A model generated the notes under the pieces. The model was given only the letters and a program-made list of their open reading frames with translations, did not search any database and was not told the origin of the DNA. Positions 1-7,859 of a DNA stretch of 19,427 nt are shown piece by piece (the first letter of the stretch is position 1; each line of letters starts with the position of its first letter). Position numbers and translations under genes: made by a program. This DNA comes from Candidatus Methylomirabilia bacterium. GTDB taxonomy: Bacteria; Methylomirabilota; Methylomirabilia; Rokubacteriales; CSP1-6. The stretch is taken from NCBI GenBank assembly GCA_046758965.1, contig JBHIBG010000048.1, positions 1 to 19,427 of the forward strand. Direction: 5' to 3'.

Positions 1-38
1 GCCACCTGCTTGAGGCTCTTCACCGTGAGCGGCTCCAT
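1..38 (-). CDS. 5' end of a gene running off the window (MEPLTVKSLKQV...); product unknown
   Basis: ATG at 38-36 preceded by a G-rich SD-like tract (GGGGGGGA) and by a sigma70-like promoter at 75-103; only 12 full codons are visible. Confidence 0.5.
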   Translation of the reverse strand, partial: MEPLTVKSLKQV

Positions 39-74
39 GTAATCCCCCCCAGCCCTGAGATGCAAGTCGAGAGC

Positions 75-103
75 AGCATAGCCGCATGCCGGAGCAGGGT
101 CAA
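75..103 (-). promoter_or_regulatory. sigma70-type promoter TTGACC-N17-TATGCT
   Basis: Minus strand reads TTGACC (103-98), a 17-nt spacer, then TATGCT (80-75), pointing at the ATG at 38. Confidence 0.55.
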
Positions 104-150
104 GCCCACCGGTTCGGCGCTTCCGTTACTGGGCCGCTACCACCACCGGC

Positions 151-1038
151 CTACTGCTGTTGCACGTCGAAGGCGTCGCGGATCCCATCACCCACGGAAT
201 TGAGCCAGTACAGGGTGAGGGCAAAGAGGACGCCGGGGAAAACGATCAGCCACCAGTAGACGCCCACCGATGATATCGCGTTCGCCCCCTCGCTGATCAG
301 CACCCCCCATGAGGTCATCGGCTCGCTGATGCCCAGGCCGAGGAAGGAGAGGAACGCTTCTGAGAGCATCACCGCAGGGATGGTGAGCGTGGCATACACG
401 ATCACGGGGCCGAGTAGGTTCGGGACGAGGTGGCGAAGGATGATCGGCCCGGTCCCGACGCCCAGCGCGCGCGCCGCCTCAACGAACTCGCGTTCCTTGA
501 GCGAGAGCACCTGACCGCGAACGATCCGCGACATCGTCAGCCAGTTGAAGAATCCAAGCACGAGAAACACCAGCACAAACGATCGCGACTCGAAGATCGT
601 CATGGCGATGATCACGATCAGCATGTACGGCAGGCCATAGAGGATGTCGACGATCCGCATCATGACCAGGTCGGCCTTCCCGCCGAGATAGCCCGAAGTC
701 GCGCCGTACGCGACGCCGATCAACACGGCGACCGCCGTGGCCAGCAGACCTACGGCGAACGAGATCCGGCCGCCAATGAACGACCGCACCATCAGGTCGC
801 GTCCGTTCGTGTCCGTACCGAACCAGTACGTGGCACTCGGGCCTCCCTGCATGTAGTCCCAGTTCATCTCGTCGTAGGGGTGGGGGGAGAGGATCGGCAC
901 GAAGATCGTCGCGAGGCCGATCAGCACGACGAGAACAAGGGAGACCACCGCTCTGTCGTTCTTGCGGAACCTCCGGAGCGCGAGCTGCGTCGGCGAGGGG
1001 CTCTCGGGCGCGAGTTCGAACTCCGCCTTCGCGCTCAT
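151..1038 (-). CDS. oppC: Oligopeptide ABC transporter permease OppC (295 aa)
   Basis: Real start is MSAKAEF at 1038, overlapping the oppB stop (ATGA). Contains the OppC N-terminal ALRRFRKN, FGTDTNGRD, EAA loop REFVEAARALG, AFLSFLGLG and GDGIRDAFD. Confidence 0.93.
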   Translation of the reverse strand: MSAKAEFELAPESPSPTQLALRRFRKNDRAVVSLVLVVLIGLATIFVPILSPHPYDEMNWDYMQGGPSATYWFGTDTNGRDLMVRSFIGGRISFAVGLLATAVAVLIGVAYGATSGYLGGKADLVMMRIVDILYGLPYMLIVIIAMTIFESRSFVLVFLVLGFFNWLTMSRIVRGQVLSLKEREFVEAARALGVGTGPIILRHLVPNLLGPVIVYATLTIPAVMLSEAFLSFLGLGISEPMTSWGVLISEGANAISSVGVYWWLIVFPGVLFALTLYWLNSVGDGIRDAFDVQQQ

Positions 1039-1970
1039 TGCACCCTCACCCTCGGGTCCAGCCACGCGTATGTCAGGTCCACAATGAGATTGAAGAGGAT
1101 GATCAGCGCGCTGAAGACCAGGATGCTCGCCATGAGAAGCGGGTGGTCGCGCGCGAGCGCGGAGTTGACGAAGTGCTGTCCCAGACCGGGGATGTCGAAG
1201 ACCCTCTCCACCACGATCGACCCCGTGACGATCAGCGCGGCCATCGGCCCGGCATAGGAAAGGACGGGCGTGACTCCGTTCTTGAGGCCGTGTTTGAGGA
1301 CGACCGACGACTCGTTCAACCCCTTCGCGCGGGCCGTCCGGATGTACTCCTTGTTGAGCACGTCCAGCATCCCAGCGCGCCCCAGCCGCGACACGTAGGC
1401 GACGTGGACGAGGGCGAGCGTGATCGCCGGCATGATCAGACGCTGCAGTTCCGCCCAGGAACTGTCCTGGGGCCACCGCCCGACAGGGAGCCAGTTCAGC
1501 ACGAACGCAAACAGCATGATCAGTAGCGGGCCAAGGAGGAAGTTGGGGATACAGATCCCGGCGATGGAGATGCTCATCGCCATGTGGTCCGCGACCGTGT
1601 TCTGCCTCGCCGCGGCGAGCACCCCCATCGGGAGGCCGAGCGCCATCGCCAGCACGAAGGCGATGCTGCCGAGGATGGCGGAGACCTTGAGCGCCGGCCA
1701 GATGAGCATGCTCACGGTTTTGTCCCGGTGGTAATAGGAAGGGCCGAACTCCCCCTGAAGATAGTTCAGCATGGTGTTCCCGTACTGTACGAGGACCGGC
1801 TTGTCGAACCCGTAGTAGCGGTTGAGGTTCTCCATCGTCTGCTTCGTGAGCTGCCGCTCGCCGGCGAAGGGGTTGCCGGGTGCTAAGCGCGTGATGAAGA
1901 AGGAGAGCGTGGCGATGGCGAACAGGGTAATGACCCCCGCGATGAGCCGCCGGATGATGGTCGCCGTCAT
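1035..1970 (-). CDS. oppB: Oligopeptide ABC transporter permease OppB (311 aa)
   Basis: LAPGNPF, YGFDKP, EAA loop KEYIRTARAKGL, VERVFDIPGLG and the C-terminal DLTYAWLDPRVR signature; multiple TM segments. Confidence 0.94.
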   Translation of the reverse strand: MTATIIRRLIAGVITLFAIATLSFFITRLAPGNPFAGERQLTKQTMENLNRYYGFDKPVLVQYGNTMLNYLQGEFGPSYYHRDKTVSMLIWPALKVSAILGSIAFVLAMALGLPMGVLAAARQNTVADHMAMSISIAGICIPNFLLGPLLIMLFAFVLNWLPVGRWPQDSSWAELQRLIMPAITLALVHVAYVSRLGRAGMLDVLNKEYIRTARAKGLNESSVVLKHGLKNGVTPVLSYAGPMAALIVTGSIVVERVFDIPGLGQHFVNSALARDHPLLMASILVFSALIILFNLIVDLTYAWLDPRVRVQ

Positions 1971-1976
1971 CGCGCC

Positions 1977-3605
1977 TCACCTCTCATCGAACCGCGCGTG
2001 CCGAAAGTCGGGGAAGACGGGCGGCACGTAGTGGTAAGCCGGCTTCTGCCCTCCTTTCGTGATCTTTTCCACGATGATCCTCCGGTCGAGGGCTAGAGCC
2101 AGGGCTTTCCGCACGCCCCTGTCGTCGAACGGCTTCTTCCTCACGTTGAACGAGTAGAAGTACGTACCGAGATAGGTCGTGCTGTGGAAGTCCCGTCGCG
2201 TGATGAGTTGCTCGATAAATTCAAGCGGCACCGCGGTAATGATGTCGCACGCCTGCGTATCGTAGAGGTTGAACGCGGTCGTGACATTCTGGGTGGGGAG
2301 AAACTTGATCTCCTGCTGCTTCACGTTGCCAGCGTCCCAGTAGTTCGGGTTCTTCTCCAGCAGGAGGTAGTCGTTCGTGACCCACTCCTTGAGCCTGAAG
2401 GGGCCGTTGCCGACATGGTGCTCGGGGAGCGTCCACCTGTTCCCATGCTGCTCGACGACGTCCTTGCGCACGGGGTAATAGGTAAAAAATGGCATCAGGT
2501 CGAGGAAGAACGGGGTGGGATTCTCCAGCTCGACGACGAGGGTCTTGTCGTCTTTCGCGGTAACGGCCACCGTGTCCGGATTCCCGCTCTCGCCGGTGTT
2601 GTACTCCTTGGCGCCCTTGATGTAGTAGAGCTGGTGCGCGTAATCGGAGGCGGTGGCCGGATCGAGTACCCGCTTCCACGCGTACTCGAAGTCATACGCC
2701 GTCACAGCTTTGCCGTCGCTCCACTTGGCGTCGCGCAGGTGGAAGGTGTAAGTCTTTCCATCCTTGGAGATTTCCCATTTTTCCGCCACTCCCGGCACGG
2801 GCCTCGTCGTCTTGGGATCGTAGCTTAACAGACCTTCGTAAAGTCCGATCTGGATGCGGTGCTCGGGCACGCCGCGCGCGATGCCGGGGTCGAGGGTCTG
2901 AATTTCGGTGTGGTTGTTGATGATGAGCGTTTTCCCATCGTCGCGATAGGCGTGCTTGAGCGGGTGGATCGCCTGAACGTTCTGGTACCAACCCTTTACG
3001 TACTCCCGGTACATCTCCTGCGTCACGTAGAAGTAAATCGGAATGACCGGGAGCTCGGCCATCAGGATCTCTTCCGCGCGCTCTAGGAGCTCTCGGCGCT
3101 TCTCCGGGTCACGCTCCGCGTTCGCCCTGGCGAGAAGCTCGTCGAATTCCTTGCTGGCCCAGCCGGTGTTGTTGTTGCCGCTGTGCTGGGTGAACATTTC
3201 GAGGAAGGTGTTCGGGTCGTTGTAGTCACCGATCCACCCGCGGCGGGCGACCTGGTAGTCGAGCTTGGAGAGCCGGTCGAGGTAGGTCTTCCACTCCGTG
3301 TTCCTGAGCTCCACCTTGATTCCCAACCGCTTCTTCCACATGAACTGAATCGCCGCGGCGATCTTCTTGTGGGCCTCGCTGGTGTTGTACAGGATCTCGA
3401 CCTCGGGGAAGCCCTTTCCGTCCGGGTACCCTGCCTCCGCCAGGAGGCGCTTGGCCTCCGCGATCGGGTCCTGGATCAGGATCCCCCGGTCAGTCGCGGC
3501 GGCGCCTTCGCCCGCGGCGGAGTCGGCGGATGAGCTCCCGCTGTCGCAGGCGATGGGACCGAGCAGGAAGAGCGCAAGCGGGATCAGCGCGAAGCTAGCT
3601 TTCAT
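1977..3605 (-). CDS. oppA: Oligopeptide-binding lipoprotein (SBP family 5, OppA-like), circularly permuted (542 aa)
   Basis: Start MKASF at 3605 gives a signal peptide II with lipobox PIA-C (Cys20, 3548-3546). All OppA motifs are present (TLDP, GVPE, EGL, PGVAEKW, TYTFHLR, KWSDG, GNGPF, KNPNYW, PFDD.VRKAL, EAKRLLAEAGY, YNTS..HKK, EWKT, RRGWIGDY.DP, IPIYFY) but in swapped block order. Lies directly upstream of oppB/oppC. Confidence 0.92.
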   Translation of the reverse strand: MKASFALIPLALFLLGPIACDSGSSSADSAAGEGAAATDRGILIQDPIAEAKRLLAEAGYPDGKGFPEVEILYNTSEAHKKIAAAIQFMWKKRLGIKVELRNTEWKTYLDRLSKLDYQVARRGWIGDYNDPNTFLEMFTQHSGNNNTGWASKEFDELLARANAERDPEKRRELLERAEEILMAELPVIPIYFYVTQEMYREYVKGWYQNVQAIHPLKHAYRDDGKTLIINNHTEIQTLDPGIARGVPEHRIQIGLYEGLLSYDPKTTRPVPGVAEKWEISKDGKTYTFHLRDAKWSDGKAVTAYDFEYAWKRVLDPATASDYAHQLYYIKGAKEYNTGESGNPDTVAVTAKDDKTLVVELENPTPFFLDLMPFFTYYPVRKDVVEQHGNRWTLPEHHVGNGPFRLKEWVTNDYLLLEKNPNYWDAGNVKQQEIKFLPTQNVTTAFNLYDTQACDIITAVPLEFIEQLITRRDFHSTTYLGTYFYSFNVRKKPFDDRGVRKALALALDRRIIVEKITKGGQKPAYHYVPPVFPDFRHARFDER

Positions 3606-3847
3606 GGAAAACCCGTGACGGCAGGCCACCCATCCCCACTCCGGGCGACTCGTGCGGGAGGACCGGGCAGACGAGGGCGCTCAGCCGGCTCCAGCTCACC
3701 GCGGGCCCGCAAACTCCCGCGAGTTCGGCCGGTGCCGGCTCGATCACCACTCTCACCTCCACCCCTCGCCGCCCCCGGAGCATGAGCAGCCACGAGGGAG
3801 CGGCACGCCTGTCGCTCGGACCACGGCGGCACCGTATGCGTGTGGAC

Positions 3848-4048
3848 TCAGTACTCGACCGGCACCTTCACCCGACCCTGGGCGTCGTAGAGGTACACCG
3901 CGCCTGCCTCCTCGTCGCGGGTCTTCTTGTGGGCGCCGTCGCAGAAAGGCTTGTTCTTGGACAGGCCGCAGCCGCAGATCCAGATCGTCTGACCACCCTG
4001 CTCCACCTTGTACGGTTCACCTCGATCATGCTTCACCAGTCTGGGCAC
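3848..4048 (-). CDS. CDGSH iron-sulfur domain protein (mitoNEET-type 2Fe-2S), 66 aa
   Basis: Motif CGCGLSKNKPFCDGAH fits C-x-C-x2-S-x3-P-x-C-D-G-[SA]-H; GTG start with SD-like AAAGGGGGTG upstream. Confidence 0.9.
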   Translation of the reverse strand: MPRLVKHDRGEPYKVEQGGQTIWICGCGLSKNKPFCDGAHKKTRDEEAGAVYLYDAQGRVKVPVEY

Positions 4049-4075
4049 TTGCTCACCCCCTTTCAGCCTGAAGAA

Positions 4076-4081
4076 ATTATA
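4076..4081 (-). promoter_or_regulatory. Possible -10 element (TATAAT) for the CDGSH gene
   Basis: Perfect TATAAT on the minus strand about 28 nt upstream of the GTG, in the AT-richer divergent gap; no good -35. Confidence 0.35.
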
Positions 4082-4155
4082 CCGCCGATCCCCCGGAGTC
4101 CCTTCGTTTGATCCACGAGGCGAGTCAAAGGATTCTGCGATATCATGGGAGTCGC

Positions 4156-6003
4156 ATGGCTACTATTCCGCTCACGATCCTTCCCGACAACCGGCAGCTT
4201 CACGTGGCGCCCGGCACCGCGATCCTCAAGGCCGCCCACGCCGAAGGCATTGACATTACCGCGACCTGCGGCGGCCGGGGGCGCTGCACGTCCTGTCGGG
4301 TGAAGTTCATCCGGGGTCCCATCCCGCCGCCCACGATCATGGACGCGCTCCAGCTTGGACCTGACCTGATCCGGGAAGGCTACCGCCTCTCCTGCCAGTG
4401 CCAGGTCACCGAGCCCGTCACCGTCCAGATCGCCCCCCCGCTGGACGAGCGGGCCTTCCAACTCCTAGGGGTCGACCGCCACGTCGAGGAGATGGCGAAG
4501 GTGGCCATCGACTCGGGAGTCGTCAAGCAGGTGGCCAAGGTCCTGCTCCCGCGGGAGGAGCACCACCAGACCTCCGACCTCGAGCAACTCCTGGGCGCAG
4601 TCGGGCGGTGCCCGGAAGACGCCTCGGCGGGGATCCTGAGGCAGTTGCCCTCGGCGCTCCGCGATGGCCAGGGCGAGGTGACGGTCACGACCTTCGGAGG
4701 CCGGCTCCTGGCCGTGGAGAGCGGCGATACGGCGCTGCTGAAGTTCGGCCTGGCGGTGGACATCGGCACCACCAGCGTGGTCACGACCCTCATCGAGCTG
4801 GAGTCCGGAGAGCAGCTGGCCTCGGTGTCCAGCCTGAACCCCCAGGCCGTCTTCGGCGGTGACCTGATGTCGCGCATCGCCTTCGCCCAGTTCAACGAGG
4901 GCAACTTGAAGAAGCTCCAGAGCCGGATCATCGGGCTCCTGAACGAGCAGATCGAGCAGGTCGTCGAGGAGTCCGGGGTCCTCGCCAAATGGATCTACAA
5001 GGTGGTCGTGGTGGGGAACACCTGCATGCACCATATCCTGCTGGGGATCGACCCGTCCTACGTCGGGTTGGCTCCCTACGCCCCGGTGATGCGCCACCCG
5101 CTGACGCTCCCTGCGCGCGAGCTCTATCTCAGGGTCAACCCGGAGGCGCGGGTCTGCCTGCTGCCCATCGTGGCTGGCTTCGTCGGGGCCGATGCGGTCG
5201 CGGTGGCCCTGGCCACCCGGATCTACGACAGCCGCGAGATCCGGATCGCGGTGGACATCGGAACCAACGGGGAGGTGCTCCTGGGTTCGGAGGAGCAGCT
5301 CTGGGCGGCCTCGGCGCCGGCCGGCCCGGCGCTCGAGGCAGCCCAGATCAAGCACGGGATGCGAGGAGCGCTCGGGGCCATCGACAAGGTCTGGGTGGAG
5401 GACGACCTGCGGATCCACACCATCGGCGAGGCCGCGCCCCTCGGGATCTGCGGCTCCGGCATCATCGACGCCCTCGCCGCCCTCCTGGACGTCGGGATTA
5501 TCGACTCGACCGGGTTGATCGGTGCCGATGATCGGGGGCAGCTGTCTCCGAGCTTGAGGGATCGCGTCCTCGTGCGGGGGGAGGAGCGGCAGGTGATCCT
5601 GGTGCGGCAGGGCGAGGCCGGGGCGACTCAGGAGATCGTCCTGACGCAGGATGATGTCCGCCAGGTCCAGCTTGCGAAGGGTGCCATTGCCTCCGGGGTC
5701 CGGATGCTCCAGCATGTGGCCGGAATCCCCGACGAACAGGTCACCGAGCTGATGCTGGCAGGAGCCTTCGGCAACTACCTCTCGATTCCGAGCGCGTTGC
5801 GGATCGGGTTGATCCCCAGCCTCCCTCCAGAGCGAATCCGCTACGTGGGGAACGCAGCGGCGCTCGGGGCCCAGCTCTGCCTGGTCTCCGAGGCCGAGCG
5901 GGAGCGGGCCGAGCGGATCGCGCAGCGCATCGACCACATCTCCCTGGCAGCCCATCCGGACTTCCAGGAGATCTTTGTCGAGTGCATGAACTTCCCTCGT
6001 TGA
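4156..6003 (+). CDS. ASKHA-family ATP-dependent reductive activator of corrinoid proteins (RACo/AcsV-like, DUF4445) with N-terminal 2Fe-2S ferredoxin domain (615 aa)
   Basis: CGGRGRCTSC...RLSC 2Fe-2S motif; ASKHA motifs DIGTT and DIGTNGE, plus NPQ..FGGDLMSRI, AGPALE, GICGSG, LAKGAI and AGAFG. ATG at 4156 follows GGGAG. Confidence 0.9.
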   Translation: MATIPLTILPDNRQLHVAPGTAILKAAHAEGIDITATCGGRGRCTSCRVKFIRGPIPPPTIMDALQLGPDLIREGYRLSCQCQVTEPVTVQIAPPLDERAFQLLGVDRHVEEMAKVAIDSGVVKQVAKVLLPREEHHQTSDLEQLLGAVGRCPEDASAGILRQLPSALRDGQGEVTVTTFGGRLLAVESGDTALLKFGLAVDIGTTSVVTTLIELESGEQLASVSSLNPQAVFGGDLMSRIAFAQFNEGNLKKLQSRIIGLLNEQIEQVVEESGVLAKWIYKVVVVGNTCMHHILLGIDPSYVGLAPYAPVMRHPLTLPARELYLRVNPEARVCLLPIVAGFVGADAVAVALATRIYDSREIRIAVDIGTNGEVLLGSEEQLWAASAPAGPALEAAQIKHGMRGALGAIDKVWVEDDLRIHTIGEAAPLGICGSGIIDALAALLDVGIIDSTGLIGADDRGQLSPSLRDRVLVRGEERQVILVRQGEAGATQEIVLTQDDVRQVQLAKGAIASGVRMLQHVAGIPDEQVTELMLAGAFGNYLSIPSALRIGLIPSLPPERIRYVGNAAALGAQLCLVSEAERERAERIAQRIDHISLAAHPDFQEIFVECMNFPR

Positions 6004-6009
6004 CAGGCC

Positions 6010-6867
6010 ATGCGCCTCTCCAGCGATCTCCTCGGCGTGACTGTCGGTCCCATCCAGCACGACGTGGACATCGACTGGATCACCGCCTTCGCCTCAGGTA
6101 TCGGCGAGAGTGAAACTATCCCGGATGTCGTTGCGCACCCGCTGTTCCCTGTCTGCTACGAGTGGCCGGCGCTTGTCGCGGTCGGAGACCAGACCGTCTC
6201 CGAGGCAATTCGCCCCAGGGGTGTGCACGCGACTCACGACATGACCATCCACCGGCTTCCCAGGCCCGGAGACCGGCTTTCGACAACCGCCACAACGATC
6301 GGGGTCGAGCCCCGCAAGCCGGGGACCTACGTCCTTACGCGCCTTCGCACCGTCGATCAGGCAGGCGCGCCTGTGACCACGACCGACCACGGCACGCTGT
6401 ATCTGGGCGTGGAGTTTGACAGCGACCTGGCACGGGGGTCCGGCTCCGGAGGGAGCGGGAGAAGCGGTGCCCGGCGTGTCGAAGCAGAGCCCGGAACGGT
6501 CTGGTGGCAGATCCAGGTTGAGGTCGCGAGCGACTTGGCGCGCATCTATTCGGAATGCTCCAGGATCTGGAACCCCATCCACACCGACCGGGCCGCCGCG
6601 GTCCAGGCGGGCCTGCCAGATGTGATTCTCCACGGGACCGCCACCCTCGCGCTCGCCGTCTCCCGGATTCTCACACACGAAGGCGAGAGCCCGGAGCGCG
6701 TCCGGCGCATCGCATGCCGCTTCGGCGCCATGGTCTTCATGCCGTCCACGCTCATCGTCAGGGGAGCTCGCAGCGGCACGCACTGCTACTTCCACGCTCT
6801 TACCGAGGAGAGCCGACCCGCTGTCAATCAGGGCCTACTGGCGGTCGTCAGCGAGCGGACGTCATGA
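6010..6867 (+). CDS. Double hotdog-fold MaoC/PaaZ-like (de)hydratase family protein (285 aa)
   Basis: N-terminal AHPLFPV / VHATHD..IHR.P.PGD hotdog domain, a Gly/Ser linker, and C-terminal hydratase-2-like NPIHTD.AAA..AGLPDVILHG motif. Confidence 0.8.
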   Translation: MRLSSDLLGVTVGPIQHDVDIDWITAFASGIGESETIPDVVAHPLFPVCYEWPALVAVGDQTVSEAIRPRGVHATHDMTIHRLPRPGDRLSTTATTIGVEPRKPGTYVLTRLRTVDQAGAPVTTTDHGTLYLGVEFDSDLARGSGSGGSGRSGARRVEAEPGTVWWQIQVEVASDLARIYSECSRIWNPIHTDRAAAVQAGLPDVILHGTATLALAVSRILTHEGESPERVRRIACRFGAMVFMPSTLIVRGARSGTHCYFHALTEESRPAVNQGLLAVVSERTS

Positions 6868-7859
6868 CCAAGCTCGAGCGGATCAGGGCCGCGATCCGCC
6901 GCGAGCCGGTGGACCGCGTCCCCTACGCGGTGTGGTGCCACTTCCCCGAGGCGGACCGCTCCCCCGCGGGGCTCGCCCAGGCAACGCTCAGGTTCCACCG
7001 GCGGTACGGCTCCGACTTTCTCAAGGTCACCCCCGCCGCCGGCCAAGCTGTGGCGGACTGGGGATGCGTGGAGTCGGACACGGTGCTGCCAGGCGGCAAC
7101 CGCCCCTGTGCCGGCCATGCGGTGAACTCCGCCACGGACTGGACGAAGATCAAGCCGCTGGAGATCGCCGCGAGCGGCTATGGGCAGCAGCTTGAGGCGA
7201 TCGTCAGAGTCGTTCTGGACAAGCCAACCGACGCGCCGGTGCTCCCGACGCTCTTCAGCCCGCTGACGCTCGCCCGCAAGCTCTCCGGCGATCGGCTGAA
7301 TCAGGACCTCCGGGATGCTCCCCAGGCGGTGGCCGAAGCTCTCGAGGCGATCACCGAGACGCTGACCCGTTTTCTCGCCCTCTGCCTCGAACAGGACGCT
7401 CAGGGGATCTTCTACGCGATTCAGGCTGCCAGCTACCGGTTCCACACCGAGGAAGAGTACGCGAGGTTCGGCGAGCCCTATGACCGGCGCCTCCTCGAGG
7501 CCGCCATGGCCCGGGCCCGGCTGGTGATCGTGCACGGCCACGGCGATGAGCTGATGTTCCACCGGCTGGCCGCCCTCCCCGCCCATGCGTGGAACTGGGA
7601 CGATCGGATCGCAGGCCCGACGCTGAGAGATGGCAAGGGGAGGGTGCCCGGCGCGGTGATCGGTGGGCTGAACCAGTGGGGCACCCTCAAGGACGGGACG
7701 CCGGAGGATGTGCGAGCCGAGGTCAAGAATGCCCTAGAGCAAACCGAGGAGATCGGGGTCATCGTGGGGCCGGGCTGCGTCGTTCCGCCGGGAGTGCCGG
7801 ATGAAAACGTGCTGGCGGTGGTCCGCGCCCTCGGCGGGACGGTCGGGATGGCTCTGTGA
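6864..7859 (+). CDS. Uroporphyrinogen decarboxylase (URO-D) superfamily protein, MtaA/CmuA methyltransferase-like rather than true HemE (331 aa)
   Basis: Start MTKLERIRAAIRREPVDRVP at 6864 (ATGA overlap with the upstream stop); FSPLTLA, GGLNQ...GTPEDV and GPGC motifs; lacks the HemE W.MRQAGR signature. Confidence 0.82.
   Translation: MTKLERIRAAIRREPVDRVPYAVWCHFPEADRSPAGLAQATLRFHRRYGSDFLKVTPAAGQAVADWGCVESDTVLPGGNRPCAGHAVNSATDWTKIKPLEIAASGYGQQLEAIVRVVLDKPTDAPVLPTLFSPLTLARKLSGDRLNQDLRDAPQAVAEALEAITETLTRFLALCLEQDAQGIFYAIQAASYRFHTEEEYARFGEPYDRRLLEAAMARARLVIVHGHGDELMFHRLAALPAHAWNWDDRIAGPTLRDGKGRVPGAVIGGLNQWGTLKDGTPEDVRAEVKNALEQTEEIGVIVGPGCVVPPGVPDENVLAVVRALGGTVGMAL

Noticed and set aside
1039..1980. 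N-terminal 314-aa extension of the 609-aa ORF 151..1980
   Set aside because: Alternative-frame shadow of oppB (His/Arg-rich, no motifs); OppC homology starts at the ATG at 1038.
4049..4155. Cobalamin riboswitch or FNR box before the RACo gene
   Set aside because: No B12-box features; TTTGA-N13-TCAAA (4107-4129) has the wrong spacing for FNR (TTGAT-N4-ATCAA).
4465..6060. 531-aa antisense ORF
   Set aside because: Mirror frame of the RACo gene, typical of high-GC codon bias; no motifs.
6555..6863. N-terminal extension of the URO-D ORF
   Set aside because: Overlaps the MaoC gene out of frame; family homology begins at the ATG at 6864.
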